DNA of 64,000 bases, from assembly GCA_903867985.1 (NCBI GenBank), contig CAIPTO010000106.1, forward strand, positions 30,373-94,372, in the 5' to 3' direction. The position numbers and the translations under genes are program-made. The notes under the pieces are model-generated. The model saw only the letters and a list, made by a program, of their open reading frames with translations, was not told where the DNA came from and searched no databases. Of the stretch, positions 53,093 to 62,856 are shown in pieces (the stretch's first letter is position 1; each line of letters begins with the position of its first letter). The DNA is from an uncultured Elusimicrobia bacterium. Its GTDB lineage: Bacteria; Elusimicrobiota; Elusimicrobia; Elusimicrobiales; UBA9959.

Positions 53093-53980
53093 CTATTTAT
53101 TCCTACGCTCCCACTGATATACCATCGGGGTGCAAAGTGCGATCGTCGAATAGACGCCGGTAATAGTGCCAATGAGCATTGCAAAGGCAAAGTTGTTGAT
53201 AGCGCGGCCGCCGAGAAGATAGAGCACCAGCACGGTTATAAAGACGGTAAAGGTCGTTATTATGGTGCGGGATAGACATTCATTTACGCTGAAGTTGATC
53301 AATTCTCCGAGCTGCATTTTCGGATAATTCCTCATATTCTCGCGCATGCGGTCAAAAATGACGATCGTGTCATTGATGGAGTAGCCCGCTATGGTAAGGA
53401 AAGCCGCGACTATCACCAGGTCTATCTCACGGTTCGTAAGCGACATGGCTGTAAGCGCGACAAAAACATCATGCAGCAGACCTATTACGCCGGCTGCGCC
53501 CCATATCGGATTGGAAAACCGGAACGCCACGTAAATAATTATGCCGAACATCGACAATACTATAGCGAAGAGAGCTTTCTTAGCCAGGTCTCTTCCCACT
53601 ACGGGGCCGACATAGTCGCGCTTTTCCTCCGTAAACGAGGCCCCTTGTATTGTTTTCAGGGCGGCGATTATCTGATTGGCTTTTTCGTTGACGTTTTCCT
53701 GCGTGCCTTTTACTTTGATCGCATAGGCGTTTTCACCGGAGAAACCCTGTATGCTGGTTTCCACTTTCGCCGCGTCCAGGGCGGACCTGAGCGCGCCTAT
53801 TTCGACGGGCTTGTCGAACTTTACCTGCATCAGAGTGCCGCCAGTGAAGTCAAGCCCCAGGTTTATCCCCTTCACGGAAAGGGAAACGATGCCCGCCAGC
53901 ACTACTATCCCGGAAATAGCAAAGAACACATGGCGTAGTTTTATGAAGTTGATGTTGGTCTTGTGGAGTATCCTTATCAT
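53093..53980 (-). CDS. secF: Protein translocase subunit SecF
   Basis: LGLDFTGG, SINDTIVIFDRMREN and 6 TM helices are present. It overlaps secD by 4 nt. Confidence 0.93.
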   Translation of the reverse strand: MIRILHKTNINFIKLRHVFFAISGIVVLAGIVSLSVKGINLGLDFTGGTLMQVKFDKPVEIGALRSALDAAKVETSIQGFSGENAYAIKVKGTQENVNEKANQIIAALKTIQGASFTEEKRDYVGPVVGRDLAKKALFAIVLSMFGIIIYVAFRFSNPIWGAAGVIGLLHDVFVALTAMSLTNREIDLVIVAAFLTIAGYSINDTIVIFDRMRENMRNYPKMQLGELINFSVNECLSRTIITTFTVFITVLVLYLLGGRAINNFAFAMLIGTITGVYSTIALCTPMVYQWERRNK

Positions 53981-55413
53981 ATGCTGAGCTCCTTGGGATT
54001 GGATGTGAGCAAGAATTCATATATGGCCCTGGTCACAAACACCGACGTGAACATACCTATCAAAAGACCTATGGTCAGCGTAACGGCGAAGCCTTTTACG
54101 GGACCTGAACCGAACTGGAACAGGAACACCGCCGCTATCCAGGTGGTAACGTTGGAGTCCAGAATGGCGCTCCAGGCCTTGTCGTAACCCGTGGGGATTA
54201 TCATCGCCACGGGCTTGGAGAGAGCCATTTCCTCGCGCATGCGCTCCAATATCAGCACGTTCGCGTCTATAGCCATAGCAAGGGACAATATCATGCCGGC
54301 GATGCCGGGGAGGGTCAGCGTGGCCGAGAAGTAGCTCATCGCGGCCAGCAGCAGCACGAAGTTGAGGAACAAGGCGATGTCCGCTATAAAACCGCCGCCT
54401 TTGTAATAGACAATCATAAAGAGTACGACCAGCAGGAACGCGATGCCCATGGCGCTTACGCCCTTCTTAATGGAGTCCTCCCCGAGACCGGGGCCGACCA
54501 CGCGTTTCTCAATGATCCGGACCGGGGCGGGCAAGGCTCCGGCGCGCAGGATGATCGAAAGGTTCCGTGCTTCTTCCATGGTGAATGAACCTTCTATCAC
54601 TCCGCTTCCGCCGCCTATGCGCGATTTAATGACGGGCGCCGAATGCACCACGCCGTCCAGAACGATGGCCAGGTATTTGCCTATATTCTCGCCTGTGTAG
54701 CGCTCGAATATTTTCCCGCCTTCCTTATTGAACGTGAAAGAAATATTTGGATAGCCGAACTGGCTGTCGGTGGATACCTTGGCATTCTCCAGGTAGGCGC
54801 CGGTAATCCCCACGGAGGAAGATAATACGTAGTATTTGGCCCTGGAGCTTTCTTCTCCGGAGGATGCCTTAAAGAGCGCGGTGTTCTTAGGCATGAGTTT
54901 GGCTATCTCGGGCACAAGTTTTCCGTCCTTGTCGAAGGGGGAATCGGTGAGATCCGATATCTTGGACAGGGCCTTTTCGGCTTCCGGGCTTGTGTCCACA
55001 AGGCGGAATTCCAGCAGGGCCGTTTTACCTATAAGATTTTCAGCCTCTTCAGTGTTAGAGATGCCGGGCAGGTCTACCGAAATCCAGCGTTCGCCCTGGC
55101 GTGAGATCGGCGTTTCGCCCACACCATACTGATCTATCCTGTTGCGGATAATCTCTATCGCACGGGTAATAGCGTCGTTGAGTTTCTCCTTCTTGTCCAA
55201 CTTTTCCACTTCGAGCTCAAGGAGCATATGGGTGCCGCCGCGCAAATCCAAGCCGAGGTTTAACATGCGCTTTGGACGTTCGCGAACGGCTTCCAGCTTC
55301 GCTCTTTCATCAGCCGGCTTGGTGTACCATTCAACCGAGGGGTACAACAGCCACACCGACAGAATCGTTAGTCCCAGCGTAAGGCCGAGTTTCCAGTGCG
55401 TTGTTTTTTTCAT
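53977..55413 (-). CDS. secD: Protein translocase subunit SecD
   Basis: LNLGLDLRGG, LPGIAGMILSLAMAIDANVLILERMREE and a periplasmic P1 domain are present. Confidence 0.93.
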   Translation of the reverse strand: MKKTTHWKLGLTLGLTILSVWLLYPSVEWYTKPADERAKLEAVRERPKRMLNLGLDLRGGTHMLLELEVEKLDKKEKLNDAITRAIEIIRNRIDQYGVGETPISRQGERWISVDLPGISNTEEAENLIGKTALLEFRLVDTSPEAEKALSKISDLTDSPFDKDGKLVPEIAKLMPKNTALFKASSGEESSRAKYYVLSSSVGITGAYLENAKVSTDSQFGYPNISFTFNKEGGKIFERYTGENIGKYLAIVLDGVVHSAPVIKSRIGGGSGVIEGSFTMEEARNLSIILRAGALPAPVRIIEKRVVGPGLGEDSIKKGVSAMGIAFLLVVLFMIVYYKGGGFIADIALFLNFVLLLAAMSYFSATLTLPGIAGMILSLAMAIDANVLILERMREEMALSKPVAMIIPTGYDKAWSAILDSNVTTWIAAVFLFQFGSGPVKGFAVTLTIGLLIGMFTSVFVTRAIYEFLLTSNPKELSI

Positions 55414-55428
55414 TTTGGAGGCTCCTGA

Positions 55429-55698
55429 TTATTTAACCGGGTTAACGAGACCGGCGACCGCGGATCTGACAATAGTAACTTTTACGCTTTTGGCTATTTC
55501 AACTTCCAGCTCATCGCCGTTTAATCCGGTTATAACGCCCACAATGCCGCCGTTGGTCAGAATTTTATCCCCCGACTTAAGGGCTTCGATCATATTCTTT
55601 CTGTCTTTCATCTGCTTCTGCTGCGGACGTATGACGAAAAAGTAAAAGATACCCATTATTATGATTATTGGAATAAATTGAGTGAGTTGGTTGTTCAT
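55429..55698 (-). CDS. yajC: Preprotein translocase subunit YajC
   Basis: IIIIMGIFYFFVIRPQQKQMK and GGIVGVITGL are present. GGAGGAA lies upstream of the ATG at 55698. Confidence 0.85.
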   Translation of the reverse strand: MNNQLTQFIPIIIIMGIFYFFVIRPQQKQMKDRKNMIEALKSGDKILTNGGIVGVITGLNGDELEVEIAKSVKVTIVRSAVAGLVNPVK

Positions 55699-55843
55699 TG
55701 TTCCTCCGTAATTAATATATATCCGTACTAATTCTACCAAATTTTAACGGCAAATGTTCGCCTGTGCCGCATGGGCTCTTCAGGTTACAAGTTGACGGTT
55801 GTCAGGCGCGGCTTTTAACTGTCCGCCGTCAACCCGGTTTTAT

Positions 55844-57019
<1,176 letters not shown>

Positions 57020-57057
57020 TTATGCTAATTATTGCTGATTCCTGCCCCGCTGTCGTA

Positions 57058-58116
57058 CTAGCTTATAAACATCGCGTCGCCATAGGAATAGAACCTGTAT
57101 TTTTTATCCACGGCCTCTTTATATGCATTAAAAAGAAGGTTCCGGCCTGCGAACGCGGCGGTCATGTAGAGCGGCGCGGAAGAGGGCACGTGCAGATTAG
57201 TGAGGAAAGCACCCGCGATTTTAAACCTGTAGCCCGGATAGATGAAGAGTCCGGCTTGCCCCTCACCCGGCAGGAGCCTCCCGGACTCGTCCGAAAAAGT
57301 TTCCAAAGTCCTCATGGACGAAGTTCCAACTGCTATTATCCTGCGTCCTCTTCCCTTTGCGGAATTGAGGGCGTCAGCAGTTTCGGCTGACAGAGAGCAC
57401 TCCTCGGCAAGCATCACGTGCGCCGCCGGATCTTCGCCGCGTACGGGCTTAAACGTGCCCCAACCTATATGCAGAGTTACGTAGCGCACCTCAACGCCTT
57501 TCGCTCGTATCGCACTCAGCAGTTCAGGTGTAAAGTGGAAGCCGGCTGTCGGAGCGGCGATGGATCCTGGAACCGCGGCAAAAACTGTCTGGTAACGGGA
57601 GTCGTCAGGAGTTTCGCTTTCCCCTGCCTCGTTCTTTTTTCTTGCTTTAAGGATGTACTGAGGCAGCGGGACTTCGGCGTTATACTCCAGGTAAGCCTGG
57701 TCGAGAGGGCAAGAAAGAGTGAACAGAAAACTGCCATCCGGATTTTGACGCAAACAGACGGCTTTTGCCCCGCCTCTGCAGATAAGCGTCTGGCCGGGCT
57801 GGATCTTGCGGGCCAGCGCGCTCCATGTTTTCAGGTCCGCGCTTTCCGGCTTGATCAGCAGCAGTTCAGACTTGCCTCCCGTGGGTTTCAGGGCGGGCAG
57901 TTTAGCCTTCCAGACCTTGCTGCGGTTAAGTACCAGGATATCTCCGGGCAACAGGAGGTCCGGCAAGTCGCTAAAAACTTTGTGCTCTGTATTTTTGCCG
58001 GCGCGGTTAATGATTATAAGCCTGGAAGAGTCCCTCGGTTCAGCCGGTCTGGCCGCTATGAGGGGGTCAATGTACAAACTGTCAAATTCTGTAAGGGCGG
58101 CCTCAGTCATTAACAT
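57058..58116 (-). CDS. queA: S-adenosylmethionine:tRNA ribosyltransferase-isomerase
   Basis: PRDSSRL, GSIAAPTAGFHFT, VTLHIGWGTF and AVGTSSMRTLE are present. Confidence 0.95.
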   Translation of the reverse strand: MLMTEAALTEFDSLYIDPLIAARPAEPRDSSRLIIINRAGKNTEHKVFSDLPDLLLPGDILVLNRSKVWKAKLPALKPTGGKSELLLIKPESADLKTWSALARKIQPGQTLICRGGAKAVCLRQNPDGSFLFTLSCPLDQAYLEYNAEVPLPQYILKARKKNEAGESETPDDSRYQTVFAAVPGSIAAPTAGFHFTPELLSAIRAKGVEVRYVTLHIGWGTFKPVRGEDPAAHVMLAEECSLSAETADALNSAKGRGRRIIAVGTSSMRTLETFSDESGRLLPGEGQAGLFIYPGYRFKIAGAFLTNLHVPSSAPLYMTAAFAGRNLLFNAYKEAVDKKYRFYSYGDAMFIS

Positions 58117-59242
58117 CCCCTATTGATGTTCCGGGGTAATACTGGCGGAGTATTTTTTTATAGTTCTTTCCGTTCAGAGCCATGTGCTTGGCGCCTTCTT
58201 GACACATCCCCACGCCGTGCCCCCAGCCCCGGCCGTAGAATTCATAGCCGCCGCTGCCAGGGGTAATCCGCGTGATAAAAGTGCTTTTTATATCATAGGT
58301 GCCGAAATTTTTGCGCAATTCCGCAGCTGCCGCGGTGAACGAGCCGGCGTCGGTCGCGAATTTCAGTTTCAGGGCGCGGCCGGAACGGTCGCGCTCGGAT
58401 ATTCTAACTCCCTTTATTTTCAGGGCGGAGGAGCCTTTTTTCTGGATAAAAGAGAGAAGATCCCGGGCCGTAGCGTAATACTCCCAGCTGGAATGGATAG
58501 AGTCGGAGCAAAAAGGGTCTCTGACGCCGTAAAGAGGTTTTATTACGTCTTCGCCCCACGCGGAACTTGCGCTGGCCGTGTGGCCTCCGCAGCAGGCGTG
58601 AAAAAAAGCGGTTATAAGCTTTTCCTTATACTTCAGCACTTCGCCGCGGGTGGATCTGACCGCGTCGATGATGCGGGAATTCATTCCGGAGGCGCCGTTG
58701 TAGACCTGTGTTTCCACTCCGTCCGTTATATCGTAGTCCTTCTTCGGATCGATGTTTTTTAGCGCGTAAGTGCGCGAGGCAACGGCTTGAGCCTTCAGGG
58801 CTTCCAGCGGCCAATCCGGACTCATTTCCACGGGCAGTACTCCGCAGAGATAATCTTCGACGGAGAGATGTTCTATAACCTCCAGTTTCTCGGCGGCGGT
58901 CGTCTTCATGTATAGATCGCCTTTATAAAAGTGTCCGTTGATTTTAACGCAGTCGCCGCCATCCGCGGCCAACAGCTTAACAGGCGACTCCAGCGTCTCG
59001 CCGGCCACGGCGAGATGCGTGGGATTGACGTATTTGACTTCGTATATGGACCTTTCCAGCAACATATATTTTTGCCCGGTCTTAACCTCCAGCGCGTAAA
59101 CTTTGGCTGAGGTGACGAGTTTGAATTGATTGGTATTGCGGGAGATAGCGACCCGGATAACGGAGGGGATTTCCTCTCCGGAGCCGGCTGCGGAGTTGAG
59201 GGGAGCGAACGATAACATTGCGCAAAGAAAGAGTCGTATCAT
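58103..59242 (-). CDS. SpoIID/LytB-domain protein
   Basis: It has a signal peptide, AQAVASRTYAL, FHACCGGHTAS and GHGVGMCQEGA. Confidence 0.8.
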   Translation of the reverse strand: MIRLFLCAMLSFAPLNSAAGSGEEIPSVIRVAISRNTNQFKLVTSAKVYALEVKTGQKYMLLERSIYEVKYVNPTHLAVAGETLESPVKLLAADGGDCVKINGHFYKGDLYMKTTAAEKLEVIEHLSVEDYLCGVLPVEMSPDWPLEALKAQAVASRTYALKNIDPKKDYDITDGVETQVYNGASGMNSRIIDAVRSTRGEVLKYKEKLITAFFHACCGGHTASASSAWGEDVIKPLYGVRDPFCSDSIHSSWEYYATARDLLSFIQKKGSSALKIKGVRISERDRSGRALKLKFATDAGSFTAAAAELRKNFGTYDIKSTFITRITPGSGGYEFYGRGWGHGVGMCQEGAKHMALNGKNYKKILRQYYPGTSIGDVND

Positions 59243-59267
59243 AAGAAGCAGGGCAGGGGATCGCGCT

Positions 59268-60293
59268 CTATAGGAACTTCTCCTGCACCGGAGCTTTAAG
59301 ACCGAGATGAAGATAGGCTTTCCCGGTCAGGATCCTGCCCCGGGTGGTGCGTTGTATAAATCCGGACTGCATAAGGAATGGTTCTATCACATCGGTAAGC
59401 GTGTCAATTTCTTCAGACACCGCAACCGCAAGGGTCTCCACGCCCACGGGGCCGCCGCCGAATTTCTCCGCTATGGTTCGCAGCAGTCTGCGGTCCAGAC
59501 TGTCCAGCCCTTCTTTGTCTATCTCCAGCGAATTCATGGCTTCCAGCGTTACGGCCGGAGTTATTATTCCTTTTGCCCGGACCTGCGCAAAGTCGCGTAC
59601 GCGCTTAAGCAGGCGGTTGGCAATTCTTGGGGTACCTCGGGAACGCGCCGCGATATGGGCTAATCCCTCCCTTGTAGCCTCTGTCTTGAGGATCCGGGCC
59701 GATCGCTCCAGTATCTGTTCTATCTCGGCGCTGCCGTAAAATCCCAGGTTGAAAACGATGCCAAACCGGTCCCGCAGGGGGCCGGTAAGCAAGCCGCTTC
59801 TGGTTGTCGCGCCCACCAGCGTGAATTTGGGGACCGCCAGTCTGAGCGTGGTGGCGCCGGGACCCGCGCCGGTGCTGATAAAAAAAAGAAAATCTTCCAT
59901 GACGGGGTACAAGGCCTCTTCCACGGAGGCGTTAAGACGATGTATCTCGTCAATAAAAAGAATGTCGCCCTCCTGCAGCTCGGTGGTAAGCATCGCCGCC
60001 AAATCTCCCGGCTTTCCCAGGACGGGGCCGGAAGTGACTTTTATGTTTACCCCCATTTCTTTTGCGAGGATATAGCTAAGCGTGGTTTTGCCGAGACCAG
60101 GGGGGGAATAAAACAGACAGTGATCAAGCGCTTCTTTGCGGCCCTTGGCGGCCTCTATGAAAACCCGAAGATTTTCTTTCAATTTTTCCTGTCCGACGAA
60201 TTCATCAAGGCTGGAAGGGCGCAGGGCGCTGTCCATGTATCTGGCGTCGTCGCCGGTCGCTTTCGCGGAAAGTAAGTTTTCTTTTTCGGGCAT
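59268..60293 (-). CDS. ruvB: Holliday junction branch migration helicase RuvB
   Basis: [20 protein letters not shown] and the RuvB winged-helix C-terminus are present. Confidence 0.97.
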   Translation of the reverse strand: MPEKENLLSAKATGDDARYMDSALRPSSLDEFVGQEKLKENLRVFIEAAKGRKEALDHCLFYSPPGLGKTTLSYILAKEMGVNIKVTSGPVLGKPGDLAAMLTTELQEGDILFIDEIHRLNASVEEALYPVMEDFLFFISTGAGPGATTLRLAVPKFTLVGATTRSGLLTGPLRDRFGIVFNLGFYGSAEIEQILERSARILKTEATREGLAHIAARSRGTPRIANRLLKRVRDFAQVRAKGIITPAVTLEAMNSLEIDKEGLDSLDRRLLRTIAEKFGGGPVGVETLAVAVSEEIDTLTDVIEPFLMQSGFIQRTTRGRILTGKAYLHLGLKAPVQEKFL

Positions 60294-60329
60294 AATCAGT
60301 GTTTGGCTGCGGGTCGTTGAGCGGTTGTC

Positions 60330-60947
60330 TTACTTAGGCGAAAGTCTTTTGAGGGTGCGTTTCAAAAGTTCTTCCGCGCTCTCTGTCGCAGAGCGCTCCT
60401 CAGCGGCGGCCGCTTCCAGGGCGATTTTGGCCTCTCCGGCCCTGAACCCGAGACTGGCTAGAGCGTTGAGAACCTGGGCGTATACGCCTTGCGCGGTGAA
60501 GATCCCCAGCCGGGCTGAGCCGGCGGTCTGGAAATCAGGCATCTTATCTTTAAGAGCGGCGATAAGCTTATCGGCTGTCTTTGCCGTGAAACCAAAGATG
60601 GAAGTGAGAAGCTTGGGGTCGTTATTTATAACAGCCTGCCTGAAGTCCGGCAGGGATTTAAGGGCCTTGTTGAGATAGTCCAGCGCTTTCTTGGCGCCCG
60701 TATTGGGCACGGCATCGCGGAAAAGATCGAAGAGATTTTTTTCTTCCTTAGTCATAAAACCGTAAAGAGCCGTCCCGCCGTACATGCTGATAGACTCAGC
60801 CACCAACACAAACGCTTCGCTGCCTTCAGGACCGAGATTTCGCAGGGAGGTCTCGCAGAGAAAAACCTCGTAACCGACCCCGCCAGCTTCTATAACGGCG
60901 CCATCATCCGTTTTAAGCGCCACAGAACCGCGCAGGGATGCGATCAT
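60330..60947 (-). CDS. ruvA: Holliday junction DNA-binding protein RuvA
   Basis: MIASLRGSV...GGVGYEV is present together with HhH motifs. The ATG at 60947 overlaps the ruvC stop by 4 nt. Confidence 0.9.
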   Translation of the reverse strand: MIASLRGSVALKTDDGAVIEAGGVGYEVFLCETSLRNLGPEGSEAFVLVAESISMYGGTALYGFMTKEEKNLFDLFRDAVPNTGAKKALDYLNKALKSLPDFRQAVINNDPKLLTSIFGFTAKTADKLIAALKDKMPDFQTAGSARLGIFTAQGVYAQVLNALASLGFRAGEAKIALEAAAAEERSATESAEELLKRTLKRLSPK

Positions 60948-61444
60948 GCGGCCCTCGCCAGCGCCGCTTTGAAAGGCGCCACGCGTATGTGACAAATAGC
61001 GGCGGCCATAGCGTCCGCTATATCGTCGGGGCGGGGGGGGGCTTCAAGGTTAAGCGTCATTTGCACTATTCTCTGGATCTGTGACTTTTCCGCGCTGCCG
61101 TTCCCGCTGACCGTCTTTTTTATGGTCTTGGGGTTATACGAACTTATCTTACGCGAGAGTTTTTCGCAAGCCAGCAATATGACACCGCGGGCGTGGGTGG
61201 TGTTTGCCTGCGTCTCGGCTCTCTTAGAGAAAAAAACTTCCTCTATCGCCACTTCGTCGGGATTGTTCTCTTTTATCACGTCGCTTAAAGCGTCGTAAAT
61301 TTCCGCCAGGCGTTTTTCGAGGCGAAGTCCTTTCTCAGTGTGAATGAGCCCCGACGCCAGCAGGCGCGGAGATTCCGAAGGGGCGCTTTCCAGCACTGCC
61401 CAGCCGGTACGGTCGAGTCCGGGGTCGATGCCCAATATTCTCAT
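60944..61444 (-). CDS. ruvC: Crossover junction endodeoxyribonuclease RuvC
   Basis: MRILGIDPGLDRTGWAV and DIADAMAAAICH. Confidence 0.93.
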   Translation of the reverse strand: MRILGIDPGLDRTGWAVLESAPSESPRLLASGLIHTEKGLRLEKRLAEIYDALSDVIKENNPDEVAIEEVFFSKRAETQANTTHARGVILLACEKLSRKISSYNPKTIKKTVSGNGSAEKSQIQRIVQMTLNLEAPPRPDDIADAMAAAICHIRVAPFKAALARAA

Positions 61445-61459
61445 AAAAGATTTTATGTC

Positions 61460-61540
61460 AGGGTATAGAGGGGTGAGGGTCCAGGGTTTAGGAACCCTGT
61501 ATTTGCCGCGCTATACCCTCCACCCTGATCCCTATACCCC
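61460..61540 (-). repeat. Heptad inverted-repeat element, AGGGT type, in the yebC-ruvC spacer
   Basis: On the + strand, ATACCCT, CCACCCT, GATCCCT and ATACCCC lie at 61513-61540 with an exact 7-nt period. The G-rich partner is 61460-61493. Nested stems are GGGTATAG (61461-68) / CTATACCC (61532-39) and CAGGGTT (61482-88) / AACCCTG (61493-99). Confidence 0.7.
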
Positions 61541-61544
61541 GGTT

Positions 61545-62297
61545 TTATTCCAACTTGGATAGAATGGAGTCCGGAATGTCAAAATTGGAATGGACCTTCT
61601 GAACATCATCATGGTCCTCGAGATTGCTCATCAGGTTGACAACCTGCTGCGCCTTATCTTCTCCCACTTTGACTTCGTTTTTTGCGAGCATGGTCAACTC
61701 AGCCAGTACGATGGGGATCTTGCGCTCTTCCAGTTTTTTCTTTACGGACTCAAAGTCCGCCGGGGCGGTGATTATCTCATACTCGTCGGATTCGGGTTGC
61801 GACTTGAAATCTTCGGCGCCGATATCGAGGGCCAGCGTCATCAGTTCATCTTCCTTGGCATCGGCTTTTTTTACTGAGATATATCCTTTCGGCTCGAACA
61901 TCCAGGCCACGCTGCCGGTGCTGGCTATATTGCCGCCGGAAACCTCAAAGATCTTTCGTATTTCGCTGAAAACCCGGTTTCGATTGTCGGTGGTGACTTC
62001 CACAAGAACGGCGATGCCGCCCGGGCCGTAGCCCTCATACATTATTTCCTCGTAAGTTACGCCGGGCAATTGGCCGGTTCCCCGCATTATGGCGCGTTTT
62101 ATATTATCAACGGGCATATTGGCCTCTTTGGCGTCTTCCATAGCTTTGCGGAGGCGGGGATTTTCGTCAGGTTTACCGCCGCCTATCTTAGCGGCCATGG
62201 CGATTTCTTTTATGATCCTCGTGAAGACTTTGCCTTTCTTCGCGTCCGTAATGGCTTTTTTGTGTTTTATTCCTGCCCAGTGAGAGTGTCCACCCAT
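61545..62297 (-). CDS. yebC: YebC/PmpR-family transcriptional regulator
   Basis: MGGHSHWAGIKHKKA... and the full-length family pattern are present. Confidence 0.93.
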   Translation of the reverse strand: MGGHSHWAGIKHKKAITDAKKGKVFTRIIKEIAMAAKIGGGKPDENPRLRKAMEDAKEANMPVDNIKRAIMRGTGQLPGVTYEEIMYEGYGPGGIAVLVEVTTDNRNRVFSEIRKIFEVSGGNIASTGSVAWMFEPKGYISVKKADAKEDELMTLALDIGAEDFKSQPESDEYEIITAPADFESVKKKLEERKIPIVLAELTMLAKNEVKVGEDKAQQVVNLMSNLEDHDDVQKVHSNFDIPDSILSKLE

Positions 62298-62573
62298 AAT
62301 CGGCTCCTTTGCCTCCAGAGGGCTGGAGGATCAGAGGACTGGAGGATCGGCCGCAGCGGTTTACATCCTGCTGGTCCAAAATGCTGATAATCCTCAGTCG
62401 TCTCTATCACATCGTTGAAATTCAACTTTTGCACGCGACTCAGTAAATAAATTCTATAATAATATGCGGTCTTTCACAAGACCCGCGGATGGCTTATTAG
62501 TGATCAGCGGCAAGTGTTAAGGCAACCGAAGCATTATCGATGTCCGCGACTAGCCGCTAAACATTTGATTTAT

Positions 62574-62647
62574 GCCCCCTTAGCTCAACTGGATAGAGCA
62601 ACTGCCTTCGGAGCAGTAGGTTAGAGGTTCGAACCCTCTAGGGGGCA
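62574..62647 (+). tRNA. tRNA-Arg (anticodon UCG)
   Basis: Manual cloverleaf. The acceptor is GCCCCCT/AGGGGGC and the D arm is GCTC/GAGC. The anticodon stem is ACTGC/GCAGT with loop CTTCGGA. The T arm is AGAGG-TTCGAAC-CCTCT and the discriminator is A. No CCA is encoded. Confidence 0.9.
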
Positions 62648-62683
62648 CAAAATTTAGGTCATTGCAACTAGATGCAATAACCT

Positions 62684-62787
62684 GCCATTCGCCGTTTGCC
62701 ATAGGCCGTACGCAGAAAGCCCATGCAGAAGGCTCATAAGGGAATCTCTTTAAAAGTTTATGGCTAATGGCATAAGGCAAATGGCGG
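62684..62787 (+). repeat. Heptad inverted-repeat element, GCCRT type, between tRNA-Arg and the next gene
   Basis: GCCAT at 62684, GCCGT at 62691, GCCAT at 62698 and GCCGT at 62705 have a 7-nt period. The inverted partners are ATGGC at 62760, ATGGC at 62767, AAGGC at 62774 and ATGGC at 62781. Confidence 0.7.
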
Positions 62788-62856
62788 ACGTTTACTGTCA
62801 TAATTTCGTAATCTATTCTTAACGTTCCTGAAAGACGGATATAAGACACTATATAT

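Noticed and set aside
62429-62459. A promoter for tRNA-Arg (TATAAT at 62454-62459)
   Set aside because: The only TTG-type -35 candidate (TTGCAC at 62429) is 19 nt away, and the region also serves the divergent yebC gene. I could not assign it confidently.
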